The translations under genes and the position numbers were made by a program. Below are positions 62,022 to 64,000 of a stretch of DNA of 64,000 bases, one piece after another. Each line of letters starts with the position of its first letter. Position 1 is the stretch's first letter. The stretch lies in assembly GCF_006345805.1 (NCBI RefSeq), contig NC_043006.1, forward strand, positions 102,920,001 to 102,984,000, in the 5' to 3' direction. The notes beneath the pieces were generated by a model. The model was not told the DNA's origin. It saw only the letters and a list, made by a program, of their open reading frames with translations, and searched no databases. Source of the stretch: Octopus sinensis. Lineage: Eukaryota.

Positions 62022-62783
62022 ATATATTAAGGGACCAAAAGCAAAAAGGACCCATCGCCAGCATGCTTGAAGCGCCCGGACACTCAAAAGCTACCAAAAA
62101 ATCCAGATTAAATGTACACATGGCTGAAAACCGGCTAGTGAAGGAAGGTTAAGAAGACTCACGTTAATTCTAAATTGGGTCCAATTTTCCTTCGTCAACA
62201 CAATACAAGGGAAATATAAACACCAATAACTATGCTTACCGTACAAAGCAGATTCGCACGTCTACATACAAATATTTGCAAGTATAGATCCAAGATACTT
62301 CAAATTTGAATACTTTCACGACAGCTCGGTGGATATTATCAGAATAACCCAGCAGGAAATGCTATTCCGATCAGGAATAAAAACAATTAAATTATTTTAT
62401 TTTATCTATTAATTCATAATAGAATATAAGGATAAAATCACGGTAATGATTTTTATCAGGTAGTCAGCATGCTATAAAAATTTATTGGTAATTTATACAT
62501 TAAATTAATAATTACATACATATGCATATAATTGTATTAAGGGAGCAAATTGAAAACGCCCCAATTCCAACATGCTTGAAGCGCCGGGATACTCAAAAAC
62601 TATCAAAAACTCCAGATTAAATATACACATGGTTGAAAACAAGCTAGTGAAAGAATATTAAAAAGACTTGGATCCAATTATTAATTTAATGTGTAAATTA
62701 CCTATAAATTTTTATAACATGCTGATTACCTGATAAACATCATTAACGTGATTTTAATCCTTATATTCTATTATGAATTAATA
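61821..62783. repeat. Compound fold-back: IR 61821-61856 / 61934-61969; DR 62026-62159 / 62536-62669; IR 62407-62513 / 62676-62783
   Basis: Sequence comparison by eye. Confidence 0.85.
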
Positions 62784-62815
62784 CATACATACATACATAC
62801 TATATATATATTATA

Positions 62816-62851
<36 letters not shown>

Positions 62852-62853
<2 letters not shown>

Positions 62854-64000
62854 TTACGGTTTAGCGGGTGCATTTCCCGGTGACCCACATTGGAATTATG
62901 GTTCCGGCATGTCTAGTAGAAAAGTGACAGTCTTTTGTTCACGGAAGACTAATGGGTTTTGGAGGGACCTTTCTGACCTTGTGCGGTCGATTGGAGGTCA
63001 TTCTGAGCATCCCTTGAAGAAGTAAAGAGGAAGACAGATTAAGGGCTGAGAGCAAATAGAGATAGAGTATAAGGCTAAAGGGACAGATGGAGAGGGTAAA
63101 AGATTGAGGCGATATAGATAGAGTAAGGGAATCTAAGAGCAGATGGAGAGGGTATTGACAGTAAGAGAGAAGGACAGGCAGAGAGTATGGTAGAGCTGTC
63201 AAGAGAGGGTAATAGGCAGCAGGTGATAGAGATAGGCAGTAAGATCAGAGAGCAGATAGAAAGACTATAGGTGGTAGAACAGAGGGAGATGAGGGAGTGG
63301 AAGTCAGGACAAGGAAGTGAGGTTCTGGGCAGTCGTTGAGCGGTCGTCGAAGAAGACAGACGGACTCTGGAGGTCAGAGCGAGTGGATGGAACCTTGGAT
63401 TTAAGGAGCAAGCGTTGGGATTCCTGGGAGTCGAGCTGGGATGCGAGAGGCCTAGGGGCAAGCGATGGAATATGCAGAGGGGATATGTACAGAAGGATTT
63501 GGCAGTATTCAGAGGATTGGCAGGATTGAGAGGAATGGGACACGGGCAGATTCAATTAGGAAGTGAGGTATGTGTTTGTGCATTGATATGTGTCACGGTG
63601 TAAAACAGTCAAGGACTCTGTCGATGTGGTCCGATAAAGGACATTGTGAATTGAGTAAAGGACTTGTTGAATTGTAACGTGAATTGTTGTGATATGAACA
63701 TTGTATAATGTATCGAAGTGTTCTGATTGGACTGTGACGTATCGTGAACATTATTTGATCTGGATTGTTGTGTCGTTCTGAACACTGTTATATTGTTACA
63801 TGCATGTTGTTAAATGCTTTTTGATCTGTTGTATGATGTATTGAGTGTCACGTGCCAATGTCTTCCTTTAAAGTCTGCCTTAAATGTATTTGATGTTGTA
63901 ACAATTGTGATTGTCGTATAAACTGTTGTTTGAATATTAAGCCAGTGTTGCCAGTTGTTGCCTCTCTTTGGGTTGTGTCTCGGGTTGTGCCTCTGTATCT
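62852..64000 (+). mobile_element. Probable LTR (Gypsy-like TGTTACG start) inserted beside (TA)n; runs off the window
   Basis: Abrupt composition change at TGTTACGG after the TA array; no ORF; 3' ACA end and PBS not visible. Confidence 0.45.

Overview
AT-rich, microsatellite-dense eukaryotic non-coding DNA. The repeat families resemble those of octopod cephalopod genomes (recognition from memory, not database-checked). I find no supportable host protein-coding exon, and nearly all ORF-track entries are translations of microsatellites or transposon debris. The window is a mosaic of: tRNA-derived SINEs of several families; a near-intact 1275-bp DD34D mariner nested in a Tx1/L1-type LINE; R4/Dong-type and RTE-type LINE relics; MITEs (Merlin-like, hAT, Tc1/mariner); non-autonomous Helitron-like elements; a probable LTR at the right edge; and a 100-N assembly gap. 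The most notable signal is a set of minimal type I hammerhead ribozyme motifs at about nine loci, from several unrelated sequence families, most with a short or palindromic stem III. One is fully intact (46760-46846, minus strand). Several sit inside fold-back or direct-plus-inverted structures, including a perfect 237-bp-arm palindrome. This points to many Penelope-like or retrozyme-type elements.
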